From assembly GCF_006345805.1 (NCBI RefSeq), contig NW_021833893.1:124001-188000 (forward strand): 64,000 nucleotides of DNA, written 5' to 3'. Positions 39,873 to 53,348 of this stretch are shown here, piece by piece. The translations under genes were made by a program, and so were the position numbers. Position 1 is the stretch's first letter. The number at the start of each line of letters is the position of its first letter. The notes under the pieces were generated by a model. The model was given only the letters and a program-made list of their open reading frames with translations. It made no database searches and was not told the DNA's origin. This stretch comes from Octopus sinensis. Taxonomy: Eukaryota.

Positions 39873-40470
39873 CAGGTTGCAATGGGTAAATTGTCGCCAT
39901 TTTATATTTTTAATTTCGCGCATGCGCCTGTTTCTTTTTGATTGTTTCCACTGCACAGTATAGTGGGGTCAGTTGGGCACCATCTATGAGAGAAAGAGAA
40001 ATAGTACCTTGACGCAATTCACTCTGCCAGAAATTTGGAACCTTTATGTTGTACTGCTTGGCATTCGCACCGGATACTCTAGTACGAACATTTCAGAGTG
40101 TTTGGGTGTCAATCTGAGGACAGATTGACCCAAAAATTGTACCGAGAGTGATAAAAATCAAACATCTAGTTGACATCAGAGTTTGGTGTGATCACTAGTG
40201 AAAGCGACGTTGTGCCTCCATATATCTTCCCACACGGCCTCAGACAGGATACAGAGTCTTACGTCAAGTGCCTGGAGGAGGTAATGCTTCCTTGGTGGCT
40301 ACTAGAAAGCCGTATGTCTGGTAATGGGACTCTGCACTGTGCCACACAAGCAAGGAAATCCAGTCATGGCTGTCAGACAATTTCTGCGACCACACCACCT
40401 CTAACATCTGACCACCTAACTCCATAGACTACAAATGCCTTTTAGATGACAATTTATTCACCACACCCTG
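39873..40470 (+). mobile_element. maT/DD37D-type Tc1-mariner deletion derivative
   Basis: TIRs caggttgcaatgggtaaattgtc / gacaatttattcaccacaccctg with TA flanks; FGVITSESDVVPPYIFPHGLR...YVKCLEEV and DSALCHTSKEIQSWLSDNFCDH..PNI*PPNS. Confidence 0.8.
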
Positions 40471-40531
<61 letters not shown>

Positions 40532-40655
40532 GTGTGTGTGTGTGTGTGTGTGTTGTGTGTGTGTGTGTTATAATAAAAACGAAATTCTGTCTGTCTGTGT
40601 TTATATATATGAATGTATATTTATGTATATATATATATATATATATGTATACATA

Positions 40656-40725
<70 letters not shown>

Positions 40726-41189
40726 CCTCAGGCCGACCAAAGCCTTGTGAGTGAATTTCGTACATGGGAACTGTCGTATATATGTGTATATATGTATATA
40801 ATATAAATTTTCTGAATCTTCAGATTTTTCAATATGCTAGGCCATCGGTTTTAAATTGATATTAATGAAATTAATATTCAATTTTCACCCTTATTATTTA
40901 AATTTAAATAACCATGTTCTCTAACCAGCAAAATTCACTGCAGAGAATTATTTTCTGCAGAATTATTTCCGGTATTTTGGCACGCCAAAACGAAGACTTT
41001 TGAAATATAGCCCCAAATGTAATTGGTAGAACTATATGGATGTTCAATCTCACGTGAACGTCTCGTGTATAGTCTCTGCAAATTATATTTTGCTATGACG
41101 ACAATCTTTTCTTAATGGTCAGACCATATGGGGTCTACCTCTAGCATAATGGATGTCCACTTAGTGGTGATCCTACTTATATGTATATA

Positions 41190-41222
<33 letters not shown>

Positions 41223-41329
41223 TGTTTGTATGTATGTATGTATGTATGTATGTATGTATGTATGTATATAAAATTAATATAAACAACAGTTTGCAATGTT
41301 TCAGCAAAAAAGAGAATTACAAATGTCAC

Positions 41330-41590
41330 TGAATACGACTAGGGTGTTAGAAAACACCTACACTGCCAGAAATAAGAGCTAAACCGCTCTAATGTTGTTG
41401 TTAACGCACATGAATGAAAAGATATACACTAATAGGGGCCACAATCACCCGAAAAGTGCCGATCTTTTCGGACTATTACGGTCCATGTTAGTATATGTTT
41501 TTCTTCATGTGCGTTAACTCCATCATTTGACCGGTTTAGCTCTTATTTCTAGCAATGTAGGTGTTTCCTAACACCCTACTCGCATTTATA
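41330..41590. repeat. ~260-bp imperfect palindrome
   Basis: agggtgttagaaaacacctaca...gaaataagagctaaacc versus ggtttagctcttatttct...tgtaggtgtttcctaacaccct. Confidence 0.85.
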
Positions 41591-41632
41591 TATATATATA
41601 TGTAAATCCACTCACACACACACACACCCATG

Positions 41633-41678
<46 letters not shown>

Positions 41679-41692
41679 CACACCCTACTCGC

Positions 41693-41736
<44 letters not shown>

Positions 41737-42101
41737 TTTCCCTTGCGCTGCCAGAATCTCCTCCGTCTAAGCCAGAAAAAGGCCTTTTCGTTTGTTTTCT
41801 TGTTTATTTTTATTTCTCGTATTGTATTTTCTTGTACATGTATTTAAATGGTTTGTTCCATGCTTGTTTTTCCGTTTTTGTTTCTCGTTGAGTTCTACAT
41901 CTAGTTGTGGTGTCCTGTACTTACGTATATATTTATATATGCATGTATATGTACATGTAGATGTAGGTACGTACATATATGTTTGTATCTATGCATATAT
42001 TTTATTTATTACACTATTGTTTGACAGCGCCCTCGCGTCGATTCGATTCGATTCGTTCGTTTCGTTCCGTTCTTCTTCTTCTCCAAGTACTGTTATATAT
42101 A

Positions 42102-42139
<38 letters not shown>

Positions 42140-42143
<4 letters not shown>

Positions 42144-42985
42144 AGAGTAAATAATTTCTATAAAGGCTTTTAAAAAAACCCCAATTATTTACTGGTAGAA
42201 TTCGGTATGTAAATATAGCCGATTACCGGCAGGAACTTCTGTAAAGTTCAGTATATATATTGTATATAAGAAAAAGGGACAGGCAAACAGGTTGCTTGAC
42301 CGCATACCGAAAAAATAGAAATAGCAGTCAAGAATGCTTATTTCTATCAAAGTTGGACTCCGGGCACGACAAACCCTGTAATTCACATATGCAAAACAGA
42401 AGGAATAGATAACGAAAACGAAGTCTGGTGGTTATCTGTGAACATCATGTTTCTGGATTATAAACATATTTCATATATATTTCATATATATTTTTGATAT
42501 ATATTTCATATACATTGCATATATATTTCACATCCTTCTTCAGCACAGCTTTCCATTGAAAAAGATTTATCATAGATTTATCAAATGCTACGTACCTCAA
42601 ACCCTCTGACCATGCGACATCAAAATATTTGAAGAAAGTGAGCAAAAGCTAAACCTACATAGACGTTTGAATACGTAAATCTTCCCTCCAAAATTTTGCC
42701 ATGCGCACTACAAAAATAGTTCCATAAGATTGGGAACTATTGGGTTGTCATAAGGGAGTGAAAAATCCAAATAGTAATATAATAATAAGAGTAAATAATT
42801 TCTATAAAGGCTTTTAAAAAAACCCCAATTATTTACTGGTAGAATTCGGTATGTAAATATAGCCGATTACCGGCAGGAACTTCTGTAAAGTTCAGTATAT
42901 ATATTGTATATAAGAAAAAGGGACAGGCAAACAGGTTGCTTGACCGCATACCGAAAAAATAGAAATAGCAGTCAAGAATGCTTAT
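42140..42985 (+). repeat. Near-identical ~205-bp direct duplication
   Basis: 42140-42342 matches 42783-42986. Confidence 0.9.
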
Positions 42986-43013
42986 TTTGGAGGGAAGATT
43001 TACGTATTCAAAC

Positions 43014-43084
<71 letters not shown>

Positions 43085-43085
<1 letters not shown>

Positions 43086-43600
43086 AATCTACTTACAAGG
43101 CTTTGGTCGGTCTGGGGCTGTAGTAGAAGATACTTGTACAAGGTGTCACGCAGTGGGACTGAACTGGGAATCATGTGGTTGGGAAGCAAGTTTCTTACTA
43201 CACAGCCACTTGTTTCAGTCATTTGACTGCGGCCATGCTAGAACACCGTCTTGAAGGGTTTTAGTCGAACAAATCGATCCCAGGATTTACTACTTTGTAA
43301 GCCTAGTGCTTATTCTATCTATGTCATTTGACGAATCACTAAGTTACGGGGACCTAAACACACCAACACCAATTGTCAAGCTCTGATGGGACAAACACAG
43401 ACACAGACATACACACACATACACACATATATACACACACGCACATATACGTATATATAAGACGGGCTTCTTTTAGTTTCCTTTTACCAAATGTGCTCAC
43501 AAAGCTTTGGTCAGCCCAGGGCTATAGTAGAAGATACTTGCCAAAGGTGCAACGCTGTGGGACTTAAGCCAGAACCATGTGGTTGGAAACAACCTACTTC
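43085..43600 (-). mobile_element. SINE family A, two tandem partial copies
   Basis: cacgcagtgggactgaac...atgtggttgg heads at ~43150 and ~43560 in reverse orientation. Confidence 0.8.
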
Positions 43601-43657
43601 CCTGAAACAACCTACTTATGCTGAAAACCTATACGTCGTCTTCGACGGTTAGTCCGT

Positions 43658-44877
43658 CATATCTAAATAAATTATTTGTCTGTCTGTCTGTTCCCTATGC
43701 ATTCTCAAACGGCTCGACCAAATAAAATTTTACAAGGTAATAATATTACACCCCGCGAGTGTCAAAATGTAATTTTTTTCTTCATTTGCATTAAAACGAT
43801 ATAACATTATAGAGATAATTATTTTTCTATACTAAACTATACACGACATTTTTTACGACGACGACGACGTCACATTTTGTATATGAGTGTGTATGTGTCT
43901 GTGAGTGTATGTATGTGCGTGTATTATGGGTGGTATATATCTGTGAGTGTGTGTGTGTTTCTGCGTTAGGTAGTTATTAAACACATACACACATCTACAC
44001 ATACATATACATATGTGACGACTGACAAAAGAAATGAAGTGAAAAGCTATGCGTGTATTTCCGACATACACACACATATACACATACATATACATATGTG
44101 ACGACTGACAAAAATAATGAGGTGTCAAGATATGTATGTTTGTGCGTGTCTGTCTTACTATATGTATGTGGATGTCGTCACAATTTGTAGATGTGTGTGT
44201 ATGTGTCTGTGAGTGTGTGTGTGTGTCTGTGAGTGTGTATGTGTTTGCGCGTTCATTAGGTACGTTATTAAGTACACACACACACACACCTACACTAAAG
44301 CTGGGTACCCCTATTATGTTGCTAAGGAATCTTGACCCACCTCGCCTGTGTAATGGAACTCGCTTAATTATTACTTCCATGAAGCCCCATGTCCTACAGG
44401 TAACAATCATAACAGGTAGTCATAAAGGAGATGGTTTTCTTCCAAAAAATCCTCTCATACCTACAGATGTTACATTTGAATGTAAGGGGCTTCAGTTTCC
44501 AGTCAAAGTAAGTTTTTCTATTTCAATCAAAAAATCTCAGACTCAACCTCTCAAGATAGTTGGACTTGATCTCTCTACTATATGCTTCAGCCACGGTCAA
44601 CTCTATGTTGCTTGCTCTCGAGTTGCAAGCAGCAACAATTAATTCATTTGGACACCAACAAAAAATTACACAGTGAATATTGTCTACCCTGAGGTGCTTC
44701 AAGAGTGACAGATTTTCAGTTCTAATTTCTATTGGAATTACAATTTGGATTTTTAAAAATGAAATATCGATATTTTAAAATAATTATGAAAAAAATAATA
44801 TATCTTCATATTTATAGTTTACTAATCTGAATAGGCACAACAGCAGTAAACCGGGCAACGCCGTGTCATTCAGCTAG
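43658..44877 (+). mobile_element. Internally deleted Helitron retaining the Pif1 helicase C-terminus (44290-44708)
   Basis: LKLGTPIMLLRNLDPPRLCNGTRL...LQFPVKVSFSISIKKSQ...CFSHGQLYVACSRV; 5' TC start; 3' ccgggcaacgccgtg hairpin then CTAG|T at 44874-44877. Confidence 0.85.
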
Positions 44878-44906
44878 TGTGTGTGTGTGTGTGTATGTGT
44901 GTGTGC

Positions 44907-44969
<63 letters not shown>

Positions 44970-44998
44970 ATCTATCTATCTATCTATATCTATCTATC

Positions 44999-45053
<55 letters not shown>

Positions 45054-45765
45054 CATGCATGCGTGTGTGTGTATGTGTGAGTGCGTGCAAGCGACAGGCA
45101 TCTACACAGTTTCCATCTATCAAATTCACTCACAAGGCATCATTATTCAGGCCAGGCATATAGCAGTAGGCCCTTGCTCAAAGTGCAGCGCAGAAGTACT
45201 GAACCTGGAACTTCGTAGTTGTAAAGCGAGCATTTTTTTCTTATCATACTTTTTAATACTAATGAGTGTGTGCAAGTGCACACGTGCATATAGGCAAGCT
45301 GGTATCACAGGCGGTATGTATGTGTAACCCCACCACCTCTCATACATGTATGTGTATATCTGTTATTCTAATATCCATATCTGTGTTTATGTTCGTACTG
45401 TTGCGTGTTTGTATGAGTGTGAATAGTAGTGTTGACATACTTCCTGTTACGGTCACTAACCTGTTCAAAAGCAACAGCCCTCCCTTGCTTAAAATGACCA
45501 TTCCTTCTTGTTTAAGCAGTACCGAACTCTTTTCGTTCATATATCTCTACCGCATATTTGCCTATATTAGCTTCTTTCTTCCCACCACACTTTGCCCGAA
45601 GAAGAACTATCTGCAACAACGGAAACTTCAAAAGAACATACAAATACATGCACACATACACACTCACATCGCGCGCGCACACACGCATGCACACTTATAT
45701 ACACACGTATATATATATATATATATATATATACATACACACACACACACATACACACAAATATG

Positions 45766-45796
<31 letters not shown>

Positions 45797-46607
45797 TGTG
45801 TGTGAGTGTGTGTGTGTGTGTATTTATGTATGTATGCATGTATGTATGTGTATGAACACTCACATACGTACATTAACATACTGAAGGACATGTATAAATG
45901 GTAGCAATTTCATTTACCAGAATTACATTGTGCAACGATGAGTCACCCGAAATCTACGTTGTCTGTATTCTTCTACCCTTATGTACAGACAGACAGTCTG
46001 AACATTGCTTAACACTGCAGATCTATGAGCGTATATGTGAGTATGTATAAGAATATGTTAGTGTCAGTTAACTGTATTGGTGTAACAGTATATTGCAGTA
46101 TGTGTGTATGTGTGTAGGTCTATATATGCGAGTGGTGGTGGGGCTGTTTCTGGTATGTGGGCGTGTGTGCCTGTGTATCTGTATGCATGGGTGTGTTTTT
46201 GTAAGTTAGCGCGTATATAGTAAAGTGTAGTTGAAGATTTTATATTTACCATTTTGAAATGTATATATGTTAATGTATGTATATGAGTGTGTATGTGTGT
46301 GTGTGTGTGTGGTGTGTGTGTGTGTATGTGTGGTGTGTGTGTATGTGTGTGTGTGTGTGTGTGTATCTTGTATTTTTATTGTTCAAATCAGCTGTAATAA
46401 AGCATACCTATGACTATAGGTATCCTAATCATGAATAATCATGTCTTTTATTAAGACTCAGTCTCAGATTTCATTTTCCAATGTCACTTTCTTTTAACAG
46501 TTATTTCTTGCAGAGCAAATGGCCACATAGAGGCACCCTTTAACTCAATTTAGAGTCAAACACAATTAGATATACTCACCCATGTATGTGTGTGTGCGTA
46601 TGTAAGG

Positions 46608-46850
46608 GAAGGCGTGTAGCCTAGTGGCTAAGGTGTTGGACTCATGATCGTTAAGATTGTGGTTTGGATCCCTGGACCGGGCGATGAGTGTTCTTGAGCA
46701 AAACATTCCATTTCACGTTGCTCCAGTCCACTCAGCTGTCAAAAATGAGCAATCCTACGACGGACCGGCGTCTCGTCCAGTGGGTAAATATATATACATC
46801 ACGGAAACCAGGAATACGGCCCTTTTGAGTCCTTAGAACTTGAGAAGAAT
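46608..46850 (+). mobile_element. tRNA-derived SINE, fourth family
   Basis: ggcgtgtagcctagtggctaagg (A box) and ggtttggatccc (B box) followed by CORE-like ttcttgagcaaaacattccatttcacgttgctccagtccactcagctg. Confidence 0.75.
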
Positions 46851-47109
46851 GTTTATTTTTGAAGTATATAGATATAAATAGCAACATCAGCATCTAATAG
46901 CGATGAGGAATGAGTTAAGGCCCCCATTAGAGTGTCTTAGAATCCTCATGTGAAGTGGAAACTTTGAGAATACTTCTTAATGTGTGTCAATTACCCATGG
47001 TTGAAATTTCATCAACATCGAAAATTCTGAAATTCAAACCAAACATATTGCACATACCACTGAGTGGGCAAACAAAAATATGAGACACTGTCTAGTGTTT
47101 TTTTTAATA

Positions 47110-47428
47110 TTTTGATAAGCCTGGTACTTATTCTATCAGTTTCTTCTTGTGAAACCAGTAATTTATGGGGCTGTAAATAAATGAATAGCAGTTGTGAAGC
47201 AGTGATGAGGGAGAAACACAAAGACACACACACATAGACTTACATATATACATACATATATGAACGATTGATTTCTTTCAGTTTCTGTCTACAAAATCCA
47301 CTGACAAGGCTTTGGTTGGTCTGAGGCTATAGCAGAAGACACATGCCAAGTCACCACACAATGGGACTGAACTCAGGACCATGTGTTTTGGAACGAAGTT
47401 TGTTACCACACAGCCACACCTGCACCTA
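47110..47428 (-). mobile_element. SINE family A
   Basis: ttaccacacagccacacctgcacct head and tttcagtttctgtctacaaaatccac in reverse orientation. Confidence 0.8.
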
Positions 47429-47555
47429 TGTATGTGTGTGTATGGGTTTATATATGTATGCATGTATATATGTGTATATATATGTGTACATCCCTCTCTC
47501 TATATATATACATCTACACATATACATCTATACATATACATCTATATCTATAGAA

Positions 47556-47617
<62 letters not shown>

Positions 47618-47807
47618 TATATATAATATATATATATATACACATTCAAACATATAAGGGACGGCCATAATAGGACATCCGACTCGCTAGAAAGAGCAGC
47701 CTAACTCCAAACTCTAATAGTTGTAATTCTGAAATGGAAAGAGAAATAAAAACGTTTACCCTTTCCCTTTCTGGACTATGCATAGCTTCGACAATATTTT
47801 TATCACT

Positions 47808-49300
47808 GGCGAAATCACCTGACCACAGAAGCGTTACACCTCCCATTGGAGCCTGACAGTCTCGGATGTCTTTCAGGGCTCTACCTAATGCTTCCAAAGC
47901 TCCCTTATGAGCCATAGTGCACTCATCCCAGGCAATTAGATGACACATTTTAAGTACTTGTCCCTGATCTGAGCTTTTGTTGATGTTGCATGAAGGCATT
48001 TCGGATGCTGCTGAATTGAGAAGGAGTTTAAAAGTTGAGTGTGCTGTCCTGCCACTGGGTAACAAAGTAGCTGCAATGCCAGAGGAGGCTACAGCTACTG
48101 CAATGTCCTGATGCTGCCTAACTTCTGCAAGGAGAAGCTTTGTAATAAATGTTTTTCCTGTCCCTCCAGGAGCATCGAGGAAGAAGATTCGTCCCTCGCG
48201 TTGGCGTACACTGTTAAGAATAGTTCTGTAGACCTGCAGCTGGTCCGGAAGTAATTTAGGCTCATTTTCAACAATGTACTTTGAAAGCGCTTGAGTGCTG
48301 TAGGTTGTTTCACGAATGACAGCAGTGGGAAGGCTATTTGACTCTGACCTGAATGCTTGTGGCAGGCCATACGTCGGCAATTCATTTCCACCCAGTTTAG
48401 CAATTCTGTCTTCTCAATGAGTGTTTTGTTATAGATTTCATTGCTGATATTCTCCATGTCAGGATAGAGCAGTTGAGCTTGGCGCTGAAAGTCTTTAGCC
48501 AGGTTGTTTCTATATTTGAGCCATAGAGTGGCCGGATCACACAGTTCGCATGCCTGTAGTAATACTGCAAATAGTGCCCTGAGATTTTTAGGTGATTGTA
48601 ATAAAGCAGCCTCTCCTAAAGTTGCATCCCATTGTGCACCATCTTCTAACAGACCTTGTCGATAGCAGGCTTCTCTGTATGTTGTGCAAACATGTCCATG
48701 AACGGTTTTTAGGGCCTGGAAAGACGTTGGCCCTCTGACCTCATGCAGTAGTAGACGAAGGTAGAAGCACTCTTGTTGAGTGGGATGCACTGTGTATACT
48801 CGCCCAAGGCAAGTGTGAAACTTAATGCCAGGGTATCCATGAACATTTTGACCTGCTTTCCGTGGGGCCCATTTTTTTCCATTCCAAGTGTAGTACGATG
48901 GAATCTGTGGATAAAGCAAGGTTTGAGCGAATGGATTCACTTGACAAAGCTTGAAGAATGCAGTGAGTGTGCTATCTCTTGGTTCCTCTGCCAACAGAGA
49001 AGCATTAGCATCGGTGAAGTACACTCTTTGACCATTTTCCAGGTGCACTGCAAGCTGTTGAATGGCGGGGTGTCGTTGGTGAATTGGAAAGCCAAAGATG
49101 CGCCAGAAAGCCTCGTTGCTACTTAAGTACCGTCCCACCTGATAATGCGTCACCTCATCCTGGCAGTATTCTTGTTGAAGTCCAAACATTGCAGCGTCAG
49201 AACCCTTGTTTACATATTTGCAAACGTATTTGATGGAATTAACGGAGTTGCAAAACTCAACGTTGATGTAGGCATTGAAAATCTGACAGGAGTGGGCAGT
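47808..49300 (-). pseudogene. Helitron Rep/helicase fragment
   Basis: Rep motif INVEFCNSVNSIKYVCKYVNKGSD; EAFWRIFGFPIH, VHLENGQRVYF, FYLRLLL; Pif1 Walker A FLDAPGGTGKTF, AVASSGIAATLLPSGRTAHSTFKL, WDECTM. One frameshift near 48410. Confidence 0.95.
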
Positions 49301-49777
49301 ATGGAACAATACATCTATTATCAATATCGTGCTGTCCGATAGTTGCTGTGAAAATGCTTCCGTAAAGACGGTGAAAATATTGTCAATTCCCCAAACAGGG
49401 ACACAATTCAATTTTTAAACAATAACTAAAGCCTCTTCTCCGAAAGGGGGAGGGTTACGGTTTACAATTATTTAACAAATGCAACACAACAACGTTTCCC
49501 TGACAAGGAACCAACAAACGTGATTACAATAGTCAAACAGTACTAATAATAACAACAAACCTTTTTAATTTATCCCCATTTATGTGAAACCACTTATTCA
49601 AGTTCAAGTCATTGATGCAATTTTATACGAATTGCTAATACACACACACACACACACATAATAAGGGTGAAAAATTGAATATTAATTTGATTAATATAAA
49701 TTGAAAACCAGTGGTGTAGCATATAAGACCATAGCGGATCTTCTTCTAGCAAAATGGATATATATATATGTAAGTTC

Positions 49778-49818
<41 letters not shown>

Positions 49819-49839
49819 GGAAAGGGAGAGAGAGAGAGA

Positions 49840-49879
<40 letters not shown>

Positions 49880-51234
49880 AGTGATGTAATGCAGCGTGAA
49901 TGAGCAGTACTGAAATGATTATAAGTATTAGAATGCTTTGACTGCTATAACGTATAAAATATAAATACATTCTTTTAATGCTTTCGATGCACGGAGAAAA
50001 GAGGAGAGGGCTGCTACTTGCGGAAGGTTTTACGACTCGCTGACTGCTTTTCAGAAAGTGCCTACCTAATCTCGTTCCTCAATCGATATCACAGAACAGT
50101 GATTCCCAACCAGAGGCCATATGGCCCAGTTGGGAGAATCACCAAGTTCAGTGGGGCCGCAGCCTCAATGAAGCGATACAGCTACCACATTGTTTCTTCC
50201 CCAACTTTTTCTATCGTTGTTTGCAATTCTTTAACATTTATACACAAAGCACACCCAACGCATATTTTATATATCTTATGTTCTCTCATCACACGCGCAC
50301 GCACAAAGATTCGTTTGTCACTTCGATAAAAATTTGCCGTTGATGAATAAAGTATCAAATTAGCCCTGGAAAGTCTTGCAGGAATTAAATATGATGTTAC
50401 TGCTTGACGTTCATACATCTAGTGAATTTGTAAGGCCTGCGTCACTTCGTTTGAGCTTTGGATCAGTGTTGTAATGTTTCTGAATGGTAAGCAGCCTGGC
50501 GAAGAAACTCTAGTTGTTAAATGTGACATTCTAACATTCAGATATATTTGAGACTATAAATTTGCTGAACAAAGAGTTATAAGATAAAATTATAAATCTT
50601 TTAATTTGCAAAGAAGCTTCAAGTGCATTTCTTGGAAAACTTAATCTATTCAGGATAGATATTGCGCGAAAGAAGTCGATGCAAATTCCAACCCTTTCCA
50701 CTGCTGAGGAGGAACAGTGAGAAGTTGATATTTAAGTATACACTGAGTACTTGAAGAAACTGCAGAATGATATGGAAATCAAGTTCAAAGATCTCCTGGA
50801 AGCGAACATTCCAAGTTGGGTGGGAGACTCATTTGGGACAAATGCAACTGCTGCTAAGACCATTAGAAATCCTTATTGAGTTATCGAGTAATCAAATTGC
50901 TCAAGCTAAATTTAGTCATGGGCTCAATAATTTATGGGAAAGTAGATAAATCGCTATGAAATTCCCAGTTCTTACGCAGGAAGTAAAATAAATATTTCAT
51001 TACTTTTTAACTTCTTACCTAGTTGATCCAAGTTTTAACCGAGTATCTTCCCTATTATTAAAAAAAACTTTGTGGTTGTGTGGTAAGAAGTTTGCTTCTC
51101 AACCATATCGTTTCAGGTTCAGTTCTATTGCGTGATACCTTGGGTGAGTATCTTCTTATATAGTTCCAGGCCGATCAAAGTCTCGTGAGTGGACATGGTA
51201 GACGGTAGACGGAAATTGAAAGAACCCTATCATG

Positions 51235-51303
<69 letters not shown>

Positions 51304-51315
51304 ATATATATATAT

Positions 51316-52188
51316 TCAGTCCGATTATTCTATGTCCCCGCGCATGATACAGCCTTAAGACATTTATTGGATGGCCGTTGACTCTCAAGAGTTCCTCCGC
51401 CCTTTGACGGGTTTTGTTTTTCATCCCGCAGGGTGTCCAATAAACACCCTCCTCACCAAGCAAGCTTGGTGGGGTTGCCGGTTTAGTCGCCGACGACCCG
51501 ACCATGCAACAGGTTGTACTGGGTTACATGTTACCAATAGCACTCGGAAGTGACCTGACAGACGACCTCCACATAAACCAAAAAAGAGGTATAAGGACTT
51601 GCTAAAGGCATCCTTAAGAGATGCTGGCATCCTTAAGGGATGCTTACATCTCTCCTGATACATGGGAAGGCATAGCTATTGATCGTAGCAGGTGGAGAAG
51701 GATTGTGCACGAGGGGACAGCCACTTTTGAGAAATCTCGAGTTGCACATGAGAAAGTAAGGAGGGATGTCAGGAAGGGCATCGCTGTTATACTTCCAGAT
51801 GGGAAGGGTCTTCCTTTGATGCTGACATGCAATGTCTGTGCAAGACCCTGCCTCAGTAAAGCTGGACTCAAGAGTCATCTTCGTAGTCATAAAGCGAGAC
51901 AGATGAGTGACAACCTGGCCACTGGTGGTGGTGTAACACACCATACTAATCATATCTGTTGGGCATGTGGAAGAGAGTGTAATTCGGCAGAAGGACTTAA
52001 ACGACATGCAAAGGTACATGAAGCCCAGTTACAACTACAGCCGGCTATTACCGGTAAAGGTATTAGTTGCCAATTCTGTACAAGACATTGTAGATCTTTA
52101 GCTGGGCTAAAAAGTCACATTCGATCACAGCACCAGTAACAGTTAAGCTTCGTGCAATGGCCATACTCGATAACGAGGGGCAGCCATA
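51316..52188 (+). mobile_element. Internally deleted RTE-clade LINE: putative 5' UTR joined to the ORF C-terminus
   Basis: RPPHKPKKRYKDLLKASLR/DAYISPDTWEGIAIDRSRWRRIVHEG is a typical RTE C-terminus; short 3' UTR ggccatactcgataacgaggggcagcc then (AAT)n. Confidence 0.8.
51621..52139 (+). CDS. RTE ORF C-terminus with three C2H2 zinc fingers
   Basis: CNVCARPCLSKAGLKSHLRSH, CWACGRECNSAEGLKRHAKVH and CQFCTRHCRSLAGLKSHIRSQH in frame after the DRSRWR motif. Confidence 0.85.
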   Translation: MLASLRDAYISPDTWEGIAIDRSRWRRIVHEGTATFEKSRVAHEKVRRDVRKGIAVILPDGKGLPLMLTCNVCARPCLSKAGLKSHLRSHKARQMSDNLATGGGVTHHTNHICWACGRECNSAEGLKRHAKVHEAQLQLQPAITGKGISCQFCTRHCRSLAGLKSHIRSQHQ

Positions 52189-52194
52189 ATAATG

Positions 52195-52234
<40 letters not shown>

Positions 52235-52236
<2 letters not shown>

Positions 52237-52790
52237 GCCCTGATACAGTACCAGGCATTGGCTCTCATGGCTTCTGATCTTAACTGATTGGAAGTGTTAT
52301 CATGTACATTGTTTTGTCTTGGTATAAAAGATGGGCTACAGCAAATATTCTGCTCAATACCACAGATTTGCTTGTCAGTTGTTTTACCTTAACCAGTTGA
52401 GCATGTACCTTAGTGGCTGACGATATGTGCATCTCTGATCACGAGCAGAAGTAGTGGGGGAGCATCATAGCCATGTGTTGAGAGGGATTCTTTGGGGTTT
52501 GAATAATTCACCTCTGGAAACATGGGTGGTTCTTTCAACATCCTTAAACAACCCTTATTCAGGGACCTTTTGAGCAGGATGGGCTACTCAACCTGAAGAA
52601 AATTCTAACTGGGCCCCACCTGCAAGGTCATGTGCTGTTTATCTTGATATGAGATCACCATGTCGCGCACATATGGTTCTGATGCATGTGCCTGGTGTAC
52701 CCTTATCAGACGGGTAGTCATGATGGGTATATTGGGCTTCGTATATTTTACCCCAGTGTCACTTTGATGGCATGAACTGCTCTCTCACTC
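52235..52790 (+). mobile_element. Retroposon family C copy embedded in (AAT)n
   Basis: Matches 20225-20770 in reverse complement; (AAT)n on both sides. Confidence 0.88.
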
Positions 52791-52830
<40 letters not shown>

Positions 52831-53314
52831 TATATATATATATATATATACATACATATGCGCGCGTATGTGTATGTATATGTCTTTGTGTTTGTGTTCA
52901 CCCACTACCATCGATTGACAGCCAATGTTGGTTTGTTTATGTCCCCCGTAACTTAGCTATTCGTCAATACTAACGGACAAAATAAGCACCAGGCTTAAGA
53001 ATAAAAGTTATGGGGCCGATTTCCTCGACTAAACCCTCAAGGTGGTAGCCCAGCATGGCCGCTTCCAATGACTGAAGCAAATAAAAAGATTTAAAAATAT
53101 TTGCTGAGAAATTTTTAAGTAGAAGTGGTTTTCGTTTTTCTTTATCAACCATGGACCCTAATATAGAAAAACTTGCGAAACGCTTCAGCCACAAGGATCT
53201 TACTGAATAAATTCAGTAAAATAGGTAACATGATATTGTTTTTGTGCTCAAAAAGCAATAATCTTTTTACAAGTTATTAATTTTCTTGTTGACAAAAGAG
53301 TGTTGTTATGCATG

Positions 53315-53348
<34 letters not shown>

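Larger units (their letters stand above)
51070..53092 (+). mobile_element. SINE family A (head 51070-51230, tail 52870-53092) opened at its internal (TA)n by later insertions
   Basis: The family A head and tail flank the RTE fragment and a family C copy. Confidence 0.75.

Noticed and set aside
51621-52139. Host C2H2 zinc-finger gene
   Set aside because: No TGEKP linkers; in frame with an RTE C-terminus and followed by a LINE tail.
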